Shown piece by piece: positions 40,206-54,560 of a stretch of DNA of 64,000 bases. The notes beneath the pieces are model-generated. The model did no database searches and had not been told where the DNA came from. It saw only the letters and a list, made by a program, of their open reading frames with translations. Numbering within the stretch: position 1 is the stretch's first letter; each line of letters opens with the position of its first letter. Position numbers and translations under genes: made by a program. The stretch is from Camelus ferus (Eukaryota). The stretch covers positions 55,988,001-56,052,000 of the forward strand of contig NC_045697.1 in the NCBI RefSeq assembly GCF_009834535.1, in the 5' to 3' direction.

Positions 40206-40942
40206 CTTTTAGTATGCAGAATAATATCATCTGTTTTATAATTTCTCCTTGCACTTTGTAGTTCAGTGGGAAAAAAATGAGTATTTGGATGCTTTCAAGG
40301 TTGCCCTTGTAAAAGTCTTTCTTTTGACTATTCTTCATCTCAAATACAAAAGCACTGTAATGTAATTTTTTACATTCTTAGCTCATTCAAGTCTTTACTT
40401 CATTCTAGTAAAATGTGGATAAAATAATGAAACCTACCCACACAGTTTTATTTTTAAAGTTGTGAGTATCATCCTACTCAGACCAATCTGTAGTCATATT
40501 TATTTCCTTGAAGAAAATTGGGCATTTATAACTGTTTAGATCTTTAAAACTGTGTGACCATTAATTTCATTTGTTCCCTTAATAGTATAGGGATCAATTT
40601 AAAATATTCAATCTTATTTTATATTTTGATTAAAACATTGCCTTTTGCTCTTTCTTAAAATTAATCAGAAGTTTTAACTTAATTTGAAATGCCAAATAAA
40701 CAGTACATAGAAGACATCAATAATTTACAATATCATAAATGGATTTTTCTACCAATAGTTAATTCTAGATATACTGTTTAAACAGACTTATTCAGTATTC
40801 AAAATTATTGTTAAATTGAGTCATTGTTCAATATTTGTTGCTTTTACACCTTTCAAACTGTTTATATATTATCAAATTTTCTTTTGACTAATAAAAAGTT
40901 TTCATTTAAAAAAGAACATGATTAATATTGAGCATCACTTTC

Positions 40943-41305
40943 CTCTAGAGACTGGAAGTTTGTGTCCCCAAAATTTCAAATGTTGAAATCTTAACCCCCG
41001 AAATGATGGTAGTAGGAGGTACAACCTTTGAGAATTGATTAGGTCACGAGAGCAGATCCCTCATGGATGGTATCAGTGCCTTTGTACAGGAGGCCCCAGC
41101 GGGATCGCTGCTCCTCATATCATGTGAGGACATAGTGAAAAGATAGCTGTTTATGAACCAGGAAGAGGGTTCTTACTAGAGACTGAATCTGCTGACATCT
41201 TGATCTTGGACTTCACAGCCTCCAGAACTGTGAGAAATAAGTCTGTTTTTTGTAAGCCACCCAGTCTGTCGTATTTTGTGAGAGCAGACTGAACAGACTA
41301 AGGCA
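40943..41305 (+). mobile_element. MLT1A-like MaLR solo LTR with perfect 5-bp TSD
   Basis: Typical body (tcttggacttcacagcctccagaactgtgagaaataa); ctttc on both sides (40938-40942, 41306-41310). Confidence 0.9.
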
Positions 41306-42654
41306 CTTTCCACCTGGGAAAAAAAAAAGCCAAACATTTGTTCACAAGAGGAAAAATAATTAGAAAGCCAGGAACTATAAAATAATGCCAAAGAAGGATA
41401 GTTAATTTCTGGATGTCAGAGAACTGATTCAAAAAATATATATAATTATAGATAGACAAATTCAGAGATATTTAATTCAACTCTGAATTTTTTAATCTAT
41501 ACACCTATGTGTTCACATATACACCCTAAGTAGAGTTTTAAAACACCTTTACAATTTTTAATTACAATGAAAGAGTAAAGGGACAATGAAAATAAATTTA
41601 AAAATAAAAAGCATTTATCATAGTCTTAAAGGTTTTCGCTTATTGTGAACATCTGAATAGTTACCATTTTGGAGGAGGCTGCTGAGAACACTGCTGTTTT
41701 GTTGCCTAAAACACTGCTAGCAGGTGGTAAAGATCAGGAGAAGACAAAAAGTGGAGCATGTGCCACTTAAGAAGAAATGGCTTGCACTTGCTAGTTCTAA
41801 AAATTATTAAATGGCAGTTCTACAATATGTTATGTTTGAAATTGATAGCCAACTCTAAAATGTCCTAAAAAAATTAAAGTACATTTTACTAAGAGGCTGT
41901 GTAAGTATTGGTGTTTATATTCTCTACAACACTAAGCTAGTAATGTTTAATAATAATTAATGTTATTACTGAGAACCTTTCACTCTCAAAAGCTGTATAA
42001 GCTGACAAGGTGGATTAGTGACACATGTTTCATTTCTGTTATATTAAGATTCTATAAAATGACATATTCAGTTCTTGCCTGAGTAGACCCAGCTCTTCAT
42101 TTTTTTTTTTTAATATGGATAAAATTGCTTACTCTGATACTTACTGAGGGTTCTCCTTTGAATGATTCTTTAAATACTCAATTGCTCTCTAATGTCCTGG
42201 GATTTTTTTTTTTTTCCCTGCTCAGGAGTTCCTTCAACAAGGCTGATTTCCACTCTGAGTCAAGGCTTATTTAAAGTACAACTGCATCAATCTGCTGCTT
42301 CATGAGGGTGACACTAGACTGTCTTAAGAGGGAAGAGACGATGAGATGAAAAATTAAATTCCATTGCTCATCACTGTTCTGTATTGTGAGTCAGTAGAAC
42401 AATTGCTCCATATCCTCCACCACCTAGAATACTTTTATTACTGTAGTTCTTTACTCAGAATTAAAATTTTAAATATAAAAATATGAAATGTAATATGCTT
42501 TGGAATTAAAGTGACAAAGGATACAATAGCAACTACAGAATATCTTCTTCAGCAAAATTTCATGTCTGATATTATAAAGAAAGTAAATCCTAAGAAAAAT
42601 ATGGTATTAATTTACCATCTTCCACTGGAAAGACCTTTAATAGCTGCCAAGTGC

Positions 42655-42870
42655 TAAACACTCAACAAATAGTGATTAAATGCCTATTGTGTGCCACACA
42701 CTGTTGCAGTCTCAGGATTCAATAGCAAACAATGATATGCTGTCTTTAAATTACTAGGGTTTAGTTCCACCTATTTCTTGACACAATTCCTAAGCAAGCA
42801 GGTTTGATTAGTATATGGTGCCAGCAGGAGATGGGATATGAAATAAACGGCTGCAATTAGTACAGCGTAC
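42655..42870 (-). mobile_element. L2 3' end
   Basis: ctcaacaaat...tgcctattgtgtgccacacactgtt. Confidence 0.55.
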
Positions 42871-43174
42871 CTTTCTTCTCACTATGAGCCATGGTGGTCA
42901 ATGTATTCTAGCGAGCTCATTGTCTTCTTTATCCTTGATGTGGATTTTTTATTTAGATGATTTTGTCCCCAACTGAGGTCAGAGTTTAACCCTAATTTTA
43001 GCCAGATTCAGAAAACCTTCCAGGCCAAACCTGATAGTTCACCAAAAATCATAATCTATCTGATTCTGAGAATCACTACTGCCTAGGCAGTTGGACCACT
43101 TACTGAAATGGCTTGCTCAATTTTATGATTCTCAGTTCTATTTTGGATGTAGCTCACATTTCATCTTAATCATT

Positions 43175-43390
43175 GAAAGCAAAAATTGTCAGACTGAGGT
43201 ATGAATTCTTCCTTGTTTTTCTAAATGAAGTTTTTTGTAGCAAAGCCACACCCATCCATTCATACTTGGTCTATGGCTGTTTTCATGCTACAATGGAGGA
43301 CTTGAGTAGTTTCAGTGCAGACCATATGGACCGCAAAGCTGGAAATATTTTTGTCTGGCTCTTTACAGAAAAGTTAGCTGAGTCTTGCTT
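43175..43390 (+). mobile_element. MER58A-like MITE
   Basis: agccacacccatccatt...gtctatggctgttttcatgctacaatgg...ttgagtagtt...ccgcaaagc...ctttacagaaaag. Confidence 0.8.
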
Positions 43391-44760
43391 TAAGCTTCTG
43401 TTTGAACAGTTGTTGACTGTGAACATGACCTTTCTGACAATGGATTAGCATTTGTACTACCAATCTAAACATTTTCTTTGTTTTTCCTGCCTAGTGTCTT
43501 CCTGTAGTTTCAGTATATCTCCCAGAGAACCTTACCTGACATATAACATTAAATTATTTCCTGATTGTTTGCTGTGTAACAGTTCTTGGTAAGTACTCAC
43601 AAGCACGCTGATGATAATGATAGTGAGATCCATAAGAGAAAATTCTCCTTTCATAGAAACTAACCCTATCTCTTTCATTTCCTTCCTGTGAAACAGAGAC
43701 TATCAAATCTAATTAATTTGTTGTGTTAGGTTAATAAATCCTCTAACAGAAATAATCTTGTGTCTTTTACTACTCTGTTTAGTTGGGTTTCTTTTTTGCT
43801 CTTTTACCTAAACAGAGTTGACTTGAAATTGATGATTCTAGGATTTGGACCTGAGAAGTCACAGTTTAAGGGCTAAGATGTTGGAAACCAGTGAGACTAG
43901 GTTTTGGTTCCAGCTCCCCTGCTACTACCTGTAAATATATTATCATATTGCATTCTGAAATTGTAAATTACTAAGATAATTTCAAAATAAATGAGTAAAT
44001 TTGGTGTTTCCTATGTGCTCAACATCACTGACTGCAGTGGGGCTACTCAACTTTTATTTTACATTTTCCAAAGCTTATTTGAAAAGCATGATTTTATATT
44101 TTGTATACATACATATATAGATTTCAAATATATGACATTTCAAAGGCTGTGAATCATCAGTATGCACTTGCCATGATGAGTAACGTCATTAATATTGAGC
44201 ACCCCCACAGGGCCTGACACAGTGTATGTATCAACAATATCAAATACTTCAAATTTTCTAGAGAGGGCTTTTCTTTCATGCTTCCATGTATTTGTCAATG
44301 GTTTTCTCTGAGTTTTGTCTTCTACTTTCTCACCCTTCAAGCCAGTGTTCAAATAATGTTGTCTAGCCAACTCAACCTATGTGAGAGTCAACTCAAAGCT
44401 CAAAGAAACTAACCAAGCCAAGTATAAAAAGTAATATTGATTCTTCAGTGTCCTTATTTGTCCAGTTGTATATTGCTACAACTCTCTCATTCTCTAGGTC
44501 TAAATTCTAGAGATTAGATCTGAATCAAGTATAGATCTAAGTTTTTATATCTCTTCTCTTTGGTTTGATATCTCGTTGAGTCAATAGCCAAGAGTACAAA
44601 ACAGATAAGTAATCAAACAAACAAAAACAACCTTTTTTTTCATGGCCTAATAACTTCTTTCCCTTTGAGTAGAACTCAAAAAAATCTCCTGTACTGTTAA
44701 ACTTCATTAATACCCTTACTTCAATTAATATGGGCACAGCAATACAAAAGATATTAAACT

Positions 44761-44952
44761 GCAACATTTTATCAATTTCAGGACACATTAATTCCTACCA
44801 TATAATATCTCTGGAATTGGAGATTTATCTTAATATAAATGGAATATTATTTTGGTGTTGTGGCATAGTCCAATAATATAATCTTTAATTTCCTAGTGTT
44901 ACATAAAATAATTGTGTATTTTACAATCAATGGCATCTTAGAATTGAATACC
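44761..44952 (+). mobile_element. Short MITE of the same pogo-type family as 24505-25260
   Basis: Ends ttttacaatcaatggcatcttagaattgaatac, approximately the reverse complement of the 24505 terminus. Confidence 0.55.
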
Positions 44953-45518
44953 TATGTATGTGTGTCCCATGGTTTTTGGTCAAGCTCTGTAGAATGTAAA
45001 CTTTTTAATGAGAGTGAACACTATGTCTCTAATATACTTGGCACTTACTAACCATTCAGTAGTCATTAGCAAAATGATTAACATATGTGGATGCATGTGG
45101 TCTCATTGGAGTGTCAGTGCCTATACTTGAATAGTCTAGTAAATCCTGGAACATGTTCCAAGATCTGCATCTCAAGAGTATAGGCAGATTTCCAAAGCTG
45201 AGTATGAGCAGAGGAAACTAAGGTCAGCCTATAAATTCTACTTAGAAATGCTAGTGAAAAATGAGAGAAACTTTCAGTTAACTAAATTTAGATCTACCAA
45301 GAATTTTGCAAAAAAAAATGTGATCAGTATTGTCAGAAGCATATATGCAATGACTAACAGCAGCTGTATGGAAAGTGCTCTATTATAGTTACCTCCTTTG
45401 GTTAATATGGCCAAAATGTCTCCTTTTTTCCCCTTCTTTCTTTTTCTTTACTTCTCTGGCTCCCCATTATCAGTCTTCAAAAAGAAAATATCTTAGCCTA
45501 TGAATTTGTGTTGATGTG

Positions 45519-46008
45519 TGTTGTAGGCTAAAGGTCTCCCCAAGATGTCAACATCTGAATTCACAGAACCTGTGAATGTTACCTTACAGGGTAAAAGGAA
45601 CTTTGCAGATATGATTAAAGTTGAAGACTTTGAGATGTAGATGTTATTTTGGATTACCTGGGTGGGCTAAATGTAATCACAAATGTCTGCATAAGAAGGA
45701 GGGAGAGGGAAATTTGACTACCGAAGAAGAGTGTCAGAGAAAGAAAGAAAATGTGATGAGGGAAGCAGAAATTGGAGTGATGCAGCCACAAGCCAAGGAA
45801 TGTATGTGGCACCTAGAAGCTGGAAGAGGCAAGGAGATTCTTCCTTGGAACCTCCAGAAGGAACCAGCCCTGCATACAACTTGATTTTAATCCTGTAAAA
45901 CTCACTGCAGACATCTGACTTCCAGAACTCTGAGAATAAACTTGTGCTGTTTCAAGCCACTAAATTTGTGACAATTTGTTATAGAAGCAACAAGTAAAAT
46001 TTAACACA
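45519..46008 (+). mobile_element. MLT1C/D-like MaLR solo LTR
   Basis: gaacctgtgaatgttacctta...ctttgcagat..gattaa...gcagccacaagccaaggaatg...agaagctggaagaggcaagga; TSD atgtg/atatg. Confidence 0.9.
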
Positions 46009-46544
46009 ATATGCTACAAAGTTTTATTTTTAGCCCTCTTCTAGCTCTATATACCCATAGAAGATTCAATTCCCACCTGAAATTGTAGCCATTATCTGTA
46101 AGGTGTTGATGCTCAAATTCCGCTTAGGCATGAGGCATCTCCACCTTGATCACAATTTTTGCATAAAAATCCCAAATGGAAGTCATCTCTCACTATGACT
46201 GTGCCAACCGTCTACATTAATGTCTTGGTGACTGGCACAATTTCAGGATGTTTGACTCACCATTTCTTTGCAAATCACATTTAAAAAGGACTAAATCTAG
46301 AATCTCATTATCTTAATTATTTGTGACTTAGACTTAACTAAGCCTCTTCTCTCACAGCACTACTGCAATAGAATCTATCATTTTTCCATATAGCTGTAAG
46401 AGTGATATTTCTGAAAAAGCACAACTATGTCAATTCTCTGCTCCAGAATTTTTAAAGATTCTACTATTAATAATATAAAATTTTATATATAGGGTAAGAT
46501 AGATATACTCCCTTACCTTTACAGTCTTGTCCCAATATGAAACA

Positions 46545-47100
46545 ATCTTCTCATTTTTTAATGACATTAACTATTTCAGGCCAGTTACTTTAGAGAATAT
46601 CCCACATTCTGAATATGTTTCCTGTGGTGGTGTTAGCCTTATTCTTTTATTCCCTATGAGTGAACATTAGACTTTGAGGCCAGAAAAGGTTCAGATGAAA
46701 CATTTTGGGGATGAATATTTAGTAGGATATATTGAGTACTTAATATTGCAGTAACCAGGAATATCATGGTATGAGGATGCAATTCTATGAATTATCTTGA
46801 GTTTGTTCACTTTAGAAGGTGTATTTTTAAAATTTCCAATTTGTAATTAATATGTGGAGTGATAATGGGCACCCCGTTCATATCTTGTTTTCTAATATAG
46901 TTTCATGCAGTAGTTTTAGCACCCACTGATTATACTGATTGAATGAATTGTAACATGGAAAGTTGTAAAAATGGTGATTATCATTTTCTGTCATTTATTA
47001 GTTTTCATTCTTCTGCAAAGAACTTTCATTATATATATCTTTACCTTTACTATCAATTCATGTATTTTATACTATAGTTTGCTATAATCAAGATAATACA
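46545..47100 (-). mobile_element. L1MC4/5-like 3' fragment
   Basis: atgacattaac...caggccagtta...agaatatcccacattctg...ttttagcacccactgat. Confidence 0.6.
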
Positions 47101-47269
47101 TTAATTTACTGCTGACACTAGTTAACACAGTTTGCCACTTAAGTCACTGTTACCAGTAATTTAAGAACACCTTTACAATTCTAAGATGTTTTGATCTCAT
47201 GAGATTTACTGAAATTAATAATTTAATGAAAGAGTGTAAGTATTTACGATTCTTCTCTAGCATAGAAAA

Positions 47270-47530
47270 AAGTAATAACATCTAATAACCTACTGTATAA
47301 AATCACTGTTCCAAGGAATTCTCGTATATTTTTTCCAGTCAATCTTCAAAACATATTATTACTATCCCTTGTAGAATTTGTTCCTCACCCCTTACCTACC
47401 ATCTCATTTTACAGATCAGGAAATCTATACTCTGAAAGTAAACTGCTTGAAACTGCTTAATGAGTAAAAGATGAGTAGAATTTAAACTCAGGTCTGCTGG
47501 TTCTTCCCCTACATCACAGTGCCTCTCTGG
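47270..47530 (-). mobile_element. MIR SINE
   Basis: tctcattttacagatcaggaaa...gaatttaaactcaggtctg. Confidence 0.7.
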
Positions 47531-49864
47531 AGTTCTAGTAACCTTTATTATACTGTTATGATACTATTCGTTCATGTAATAGTGCTGTGCTTCACACATT
47601 TGGCATCCCCACTAAGTCTAACTTTTTTTCTCATTGAAATATATCTTCACATTTAAGTTCATTAATTTTTTTGTTCTTTATTGGTTGTGTTGCTTATTAA
47701 TTTGTTAAACTATTCCTGTTTACTCATTCCAAATGATATGTTTAATCTTTATTAAGAAGTATGATATGTTAGTTTTTAGCTAGAAGCTATGACAACTCAA
47801 ATGGCCACAGGTTAATGGCTTCAAATTTTAACCCAAAGAGGACCTTATTGACTGTCCTTCTTGCTTGTCTTATGCACCCACTGTTTAGAGTTTAAAAACA
47901 ATTTTGCAGTAAAAGCTATGAGCAGGGATTGTATTCTTCCAAAAGAGTAAAAGTAACACTGTACTGCAGAAAAATTCTTGACTGAACCCAATTCTTCAAG
48001 GAAAGACAGCGGGTCTTATAATTTTGAATATCAGAAAGGCACAGAACCCCACTCAGTCTTCATTTCCAGTTAATACTTTTAAGAGATGTGCTTTTAGGAA
48101 AGTCAGTGTTGGCATCCAGAAAAGTAGAAAAAGTATAATCTTCCTGAGATAGAGATTCCCTGGTTATAAGTCAAACTGTTATTTCAGTTCATTCTAAATA
48201 ATCTCAAACTCCTAAAATCCCCACATTCTTTCATGAATTATTCAGAATCTCCCAAATTTTCCACCTCAATTTTGCTGCCATTTTAAGGTGACGCATCAGC
48301 AATGTTCAATAACTGAAAAAAGCAGGTGGTAAACCCTGTGTGTCCTTTCTTGCCTATAGTCTAGGTATCACTTCATTTAATCTTTACCTATCCAATTGTT
48401 TGCTAATTTTATCCTTGTTTCACACCTCCTACTTCTTGGACAATTTTGTATTTGTTCTTTAATTCTGTAACTCTGACCCTAAGGACTATGGCTCAGACTC
48501 ATACTTTTAGCTGTTACTTGTTTTAGGCAGAACGTCTAGCTCTTGAAGACTTAATTTCAAGTTGCAAATTACTTGGCTGACATCATATTTGAATCTCTTT
48601 CAGTTCTTTTCATATACACTTTGGACACAAGATTTGTTTTAAAAATAATATAACACTCAATGTGGACTGACAGCAATAAGAAAGGGATCATCTGGACATG
48701 TACACATCTATAACAGAAACTCAGATCTCTAGTGTGTTTTTAGGAGCTACAGATAATTTTTCAAAAATTCTATTAAGTTTTGATCATTTGATTGGAAGCT
48801 TTGATATTGTTTAGAGAAAGTGATTATCCTGTTGATTGTGAGGAACTAGAAAGAATATAGATACTTTTTTCTTTGTATTTTTGATTTAAAAGAAAGAAAG
48901 AGATACGAGGAAAGTCCTATGGCTCATAAGTTAATTTGTGTCTATTACAGGCATTGCCTGTTTAGCTTTGCCTCTGACCTTCAATATATCCTAGAGTTTC
49001 AGAGAATATTCTTTCACTAAAAATGAATGAAACAGAAGCAGAGAATTTCAAGGAAGAGCTTGAGGCCTCAAGGGATAGGCCTGTATACAGATTAGCATGA
49101 CTGAAAGTTGAACAAAGGGGCAGCCCCAAGCTTACTCCTGACCTTTTCCCTTCATTCAGTGGCATTTATATGAACTTAGACTGCAAGTATTCTAGAGATG
49201 GCAGAAAGCTGATCTGGACACAGTTCAAGCTATACTGATTCTTTTTTGCTCCAAAGAAATGTAGCAAGTTATTTTTTTTCTTTTCTCCCTGACCCCTGAC
49301 ATAACCAAAAAAATAAAAATAGAGAAATGAAAAGATGAGAAAAAGAGATCTGTCTCAAGGTAAATATAGGAAACTAAAAATATATTCTAAACTCTATACT
49401 AGTAAATAAAAATCTAGTTTTTGATATTAAGATACAAGGCTATTAAATTAATTTGATTTTAATCCTGCTTATTTTAAAAGAAGAAATTCTTCATGAGGAA
49501 TTTTGGGGAGAAAAATTTAGGGAACACAAAACGTTAAAAACTACCTTTATATTCAGTGACGACGTTTCCAGTAACTTAATTTTTAAGAGACCGTTATATA
49601 CAAGTATTGCACTTCTATAATAAAAATAAAATGTTAAATTAGTAGTAGTAAAATTAGCATATCAAGAGCTAGTCTCATATGCTACCATTTGTGTTGAACT
49701 CATTAATTTCTGGAAACTTACTAGCAATAATTTTTAGGTCTTCAATAAGTGTTTGCATTAAAGCAAAATTAAATTATACACAAACACACAGATTACACAA
49801 CACACACATTCACATACACATGCAGTCATTAATTTTGATGCATGACACAAAAGACAAAAATCTC

Positions 49865-50638
49865 TGTAGTAGATGCCATTAAATCCTCATCCCATATATT
49901 CTCGCCCCAACTGAGTTTACCAGCAGTTTAGTTTCCAGCCTACCTTTGGCCTTTCATTTTGCATTAAGGACTTTCTTTCCTTTTGTCTTCTGAGGATATT
50001 TTTTTTTAAATCACTTGATTGAGTTATGATTGACACGTAAGATGCTGTACGTATTTAATGTATACAACACCTTGAGTTTGAAGATAAGTATATACCTATG
50101 AAATCATTACTGACCACTATTAATGCCGTAGATGGATCCCTTACTTCCCAAAGTTTCCTCCCATCCCCTTGATGATGATGATGATGATGGTGATTCTGTA
50201 TATGCATAATCATAAGAGCATTTAACATAAGATCTACCCTTTAGGTAAATTTTAAGAATACAATATAGTACTGTTGAAGACTTTTATCTGTACCTAAGAT
50301 CTTGCTTGGATGCAATTACGAACAACTTGTAAGTTTTAAGGAGTTAATGTCCCTTGGTTAAGGTTAACACTGAAACAAAGGGGAACAGGATGGTCAATGA
50401 ATAATAGCAAGATTTCCCATTTCTCAAGGGATTGTCCTGAAGCCTGTTGCATATAGTTTTCCAGAGGGTCCTTAGAAGGCTAAGTGCCCATAGCCTACAG
50501 CAGTAATATCATTAACCCAAGCTTCTTTTCCCTGCTTCACACTTTCTTGTTTGCACTTCCTGGGGTCACTTCTCACATACATTCTCTGTATCCAGGTTCT
50601 TCTCTCTGAATCATGTTTAGAGCCACTTAATCCTGACA
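49865..50638 (+). mobile_element. LTR16-like ERVL solo LTR interrupted by an L1 tail
   Basis: tgtagtagatgcca...ggagttaatgtccc...ttccagagggtcc...cacttcctggggtcactt...tgaca. Confidence 0.65.
49999..50275 (-). mobile_element. L1MA9-like 3' end
   Basis: (T)n...attgagttatgattgaca...gctgtacgtatttaatgtatacaac...ttaacataagatctaccct. Confidence 0.8.
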
Positions 50639-51829
50639 TACTGGAACAAGGCAAATATAATTTGTGCATTTCTGTTACCTCTGTTGCTGAAATAATCAAT
50701 GATAGAGATAGAAAACCTAGTGAAATTGAATTCTGGCAGGACTGTAAGATGACTAAAATATATTGACTGATTTTCATTTTAATGATTTTACATACACAGA
50801 TTCAAAAGTGTCCTATGATAAATACCACTATACTCAAACTATATAAACAAAACTACTTGAAGTGAAACAGACATTTATTTTCAGTGATGTAAGATAAAAC
50901 ATAATTCCTCACTGACAAAATAATTGAACATTCCATCCAATTAATTGTAATAGGATTTTAACTATTCATATTTGTTAGTTGTTCAAAAAAAGGGGGACAA
51001 TAATCCTAGTGACTATACTTCTATTATAACTAATATCTCCTCTATTGGAAAATGTGTCCTTGGTTTAATCTTCAAAGTTACTTAACTATCTCCAATGAAT
51101 TCTGAACTGAGTAAATTTTGTTCTTAGTTTCTCTTTTAGTTTTTAGTTTATTCATAGAGTATAAAGCACTTCCCTAAATAAAAACCTGAGATGATTCATG
51201 GTACCTGCCTTAAAATAATTTTTTATTATTTCCTTATAAATCAATTTTGAGTATTTATTATATCCATAATACAAGAGTGAGATTGTGCAGTTGGGATTGC
51301 CCATAGCCTAGCTCATTTGAGTAATTGTAAGTAGTGTAATAGTCACTATTAAATTTATTGGCTAATGCTGTAAGGTGGCATCTGTCATCAGCATCCTCAT
51401 ATAAACTCACAGCATCTGTTCCATCACACAATGTTCTATTTCTGTGTCTCACACATCTAACTAGAGAAGAACTAATAGACTATTTTGAAATAAGTTGCCA
51501 GTGTTTCTAAATGAGAATTCAAGTCATCTTTGCCAGAAATGTATGTGATAAAACAGGAATAAACTATGACATGTGACTTTAAAGAATAGTAAAAATGAGT
51601 TAATTGATTCACTTATAGTTAAATTTCAAGATTATACAATTAAATAATTGGAGAACAAGTTTATGGTATACTTTGTATCATTTTAAAAAATATGTATAAC
51701 TTAGCTTTCATTTTGGATTGAAATAGCATAAAAGTGTAATGAATCTTTTTGAAACTCAGTAGATTCAATATAGTTAATATTTTGTGCCAGATACTTCTAC
51801 TGAAACACAATGAATTAGAAATGAAACGT

Positions 51830-52120
51830 GAATTCAGTCATGTATTCATCTATTCATTCCAAAAAATGTTGATAGATCATACCATGTGCTGGGACACAAG
51901 CATGAAATAGTTTTTTTAAAAAGCAGTGACAGGAGTGCCTGGTTTCATGCAGTTTATCGTCCTAGGAAAAGAAGGCAGAGAAAAAGAAAATAAAACAGTT
52001 AATATAGATCAGGTGGCATAAGTGCTATGAAGAGAAGTAAAGGAGAATGTAGGTATAAAAGTGGCAGCAGAGGGTGTTACTTCAGAAAAACTGATCTGAG
52101 AATAAGTTTCTGATTCAGTG
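51830..52120 (-). mobile_element. L2 3' portion
   Basis: ttcatctattcattcc...taccatgtgctggg...aagtgctatgaagaga. Confidence 0.65.
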
Positions 52121-53359
52121 GAAAATATCTCAAGTGCAATTAATGATGGAAATCAAAGATTAAGGAAATGTATAGTCACCTTTTCTTTTTCAAAAGGTGA
52201 TTAGAAAAAATCTTGAATGGTTTAAAGTTTTAGCACTCTCCTGGCAAAAGCTAGAGAAACCATCCCTAAGAATCAAAAAGCACGTGACTCTGCAATCCAA
52301 AAGCAGAGTGTAAAAATATGTAAGAAATCTCAAACAGGCCAATCCCTAGGAGAGCTTTTTATTGTGTTTCAATGCAAGCATATTTTGATGCAAACCCTAT
52401 ACATAACTTGCATGACTTAATGGAGGAAAAACTGCATATTCTTTGTTTAAGAAGTACAGCGTAAATTATTACCATGATGTTAAATTATTCTTACTGCTTT
52501 ACAACTATCTGAGAACATTTTGCATGAGAAAAAAATATGTCTAAATATAAATGAAAGCCACCCAATGTGTGAAAGGTAGCAGCATTTTGTGGCACATGGT
52601 GTGTCGCTCAAAAAAAGAAAAGACATGACAAAATTCTGTTTAGTCATGCATTTATTCAATGAATTTATTTAAACAGTATTCACTTCAGACTAAGTAAATA
52701 TGCCAAAGAACAAGTAAGAGCTTTGAGTTTTTATTGCTGTCCACTGAACATTAAATCACTGCCATTGTTTCATTATGTGTGCATTTTAATTAAACAAAGG
52801 CTAGGAAATAGTTCTTAATATGTAGAACATATGTGGCATGTAATCAAAGAATCATGTTATATTTAAAGTAAAAATTTTAAATAATAACTATGTTAAGCTA
52901 CAAGGAATTTATTCTCTGAACCAAATAAATGAGTAAATCAACGGAAATATAAGAGCAAATGCAAACTCTTACTATAATATTAAGATATGATCTTTTCTTT
53001 CAACAAGGTTACAATGTAGTTATAGGAAGTACATATTAACATAATGGGCAAATACTAAAGAGGTAATAATTACATATTATATTTAAGACTCAACCCCCAT
53101 ACTATCTGATGGTGTATATATATCATTGTGGTAATCATTCAGGGTCCAGAGTAAAAAGACATGGATTCTGCTTCTACTACTGCAGTTTTATAACAGTGTA
53201 CTTTTGAATTTCATTGTGTTCATCTCTAAATAATCAAATATGTGAAAGAGAAATCATGAGGGAAGGAGAAAGAGAGGCTCAAATGAGGCAATGCTTATGA
53301 AAGATACAAAAGTGGTTTAGGTTTTAACTAGCATTAATAAAAAATTTCAGAAGAGTGCT

Positions 53360-53850
53360 TCATTGATTCATTCATCTCTTCATTGAACAGATACTTACTG
53401 AGCCCCAATTATATGTCAGGCACTGTTCTAGGTGCTAGACACAGATTGTAGGATAGACCAATCCCCTACTCCAGGCAAGCTTACATTCTAGGGATGGGAA
53501 CAAAAAATGAACAAGTAAACACATACATCAAATATCAGATAAGATTGCAAATATGAGGAAAAATATAGCAAAATAAGGAGGTTGCAGAGTGACAGCCTTT
53601 GGGAAAACTATTTTAAACGGACAGTCAGGGAAATCCATTCTAAGAAATGTCATGAAGTAAGGGATCTGAGTGGAATAAGGGTGAAAACTATGGTTAAGAG
53701 AGTTTCAGGAATAGGATAAATAAATGTAGAAGCACTAAGATAAATGAGCTTGGTGTATCAGAAAAAAAGCAGGGAGGAGAACAATGTGAGTAGGGGTCTT
53801 ATGATAGGAGATGGGACTGGGTTTTTTGGAGGAGGGCCTACCACGAAAAA
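53360..53850 (-). mobile_element. L2 3' portion
   Basis: acagatacttactgagcc...tatgtcaggcactgttctaggtgctag...agcttacattctag. Confidence 0.85.
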
Positions 53851-54151
53851 AGGATGGGGATAGTCAGGAAAGAATTAGAGAGGGTGCAGAACTTGACCAG
53901 AATCTAGAAGTTGAGATTTGTGTAGAGAGAGGAAAAGGCAGGGACTCCAAAATGAGGAAATCATGAAAAAGGAAGTGAATAAAACAAACATTAAAATATT
54001 GAGGGAGTTAAGGTCATAATGGGAACTATAATAGCATAGCTCTTTGATATAAAATTTATCCTGGCAATGAGAAGAAGGATGGTTTGATATGATGAGCACC
54101 TAAGGTAAGGTTGTATTACTTAACCAGTGGCTCAGAGGCATCCACAACATG

Positions 54152-54560
54152 ATATATCAGCCAGAGTAGGCTAACTGATTTCACAGGCAAACTGCTAAAT
54201 CTTACTGGTTTTAAACAATTGGTTTATTTCTCACTTACATCATAGAGGGGACAGACCATCATGGGGGTCCTGCTCTCCACAGTCATCTGGACTCCCAGGA
54301 TCCTTCCAGACCATGGTCTTGCTAGCCTCTAAGTCCTTGAATACCTCTCCTTTCAGCCAACTGATGGCAAGAGCTTAGCCTGGGCATCTTGAGAAGGGAA
54401 ATGTGTTTATTGTCTATCACAGAAAGGGGAGCTGATTATTTCCTATTCACTTAGTCAGACCTAAGTCAAGTGGCCACACATCACTGAAAAGGAGCCTGAA
54501 ATATACAGTCAAGTTGTGTGAACAGGAAGAAAAACAAAATAGAGAAAACATAGAGATGCA
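54152..54560 (-). mobile_element. MLT1I/J-like LTR
   Basis: ggtttatttctcactta...ctgctctccacagtcatc...gtggccaca...gtgtgaacaggaagaa. Confidence 0.65.
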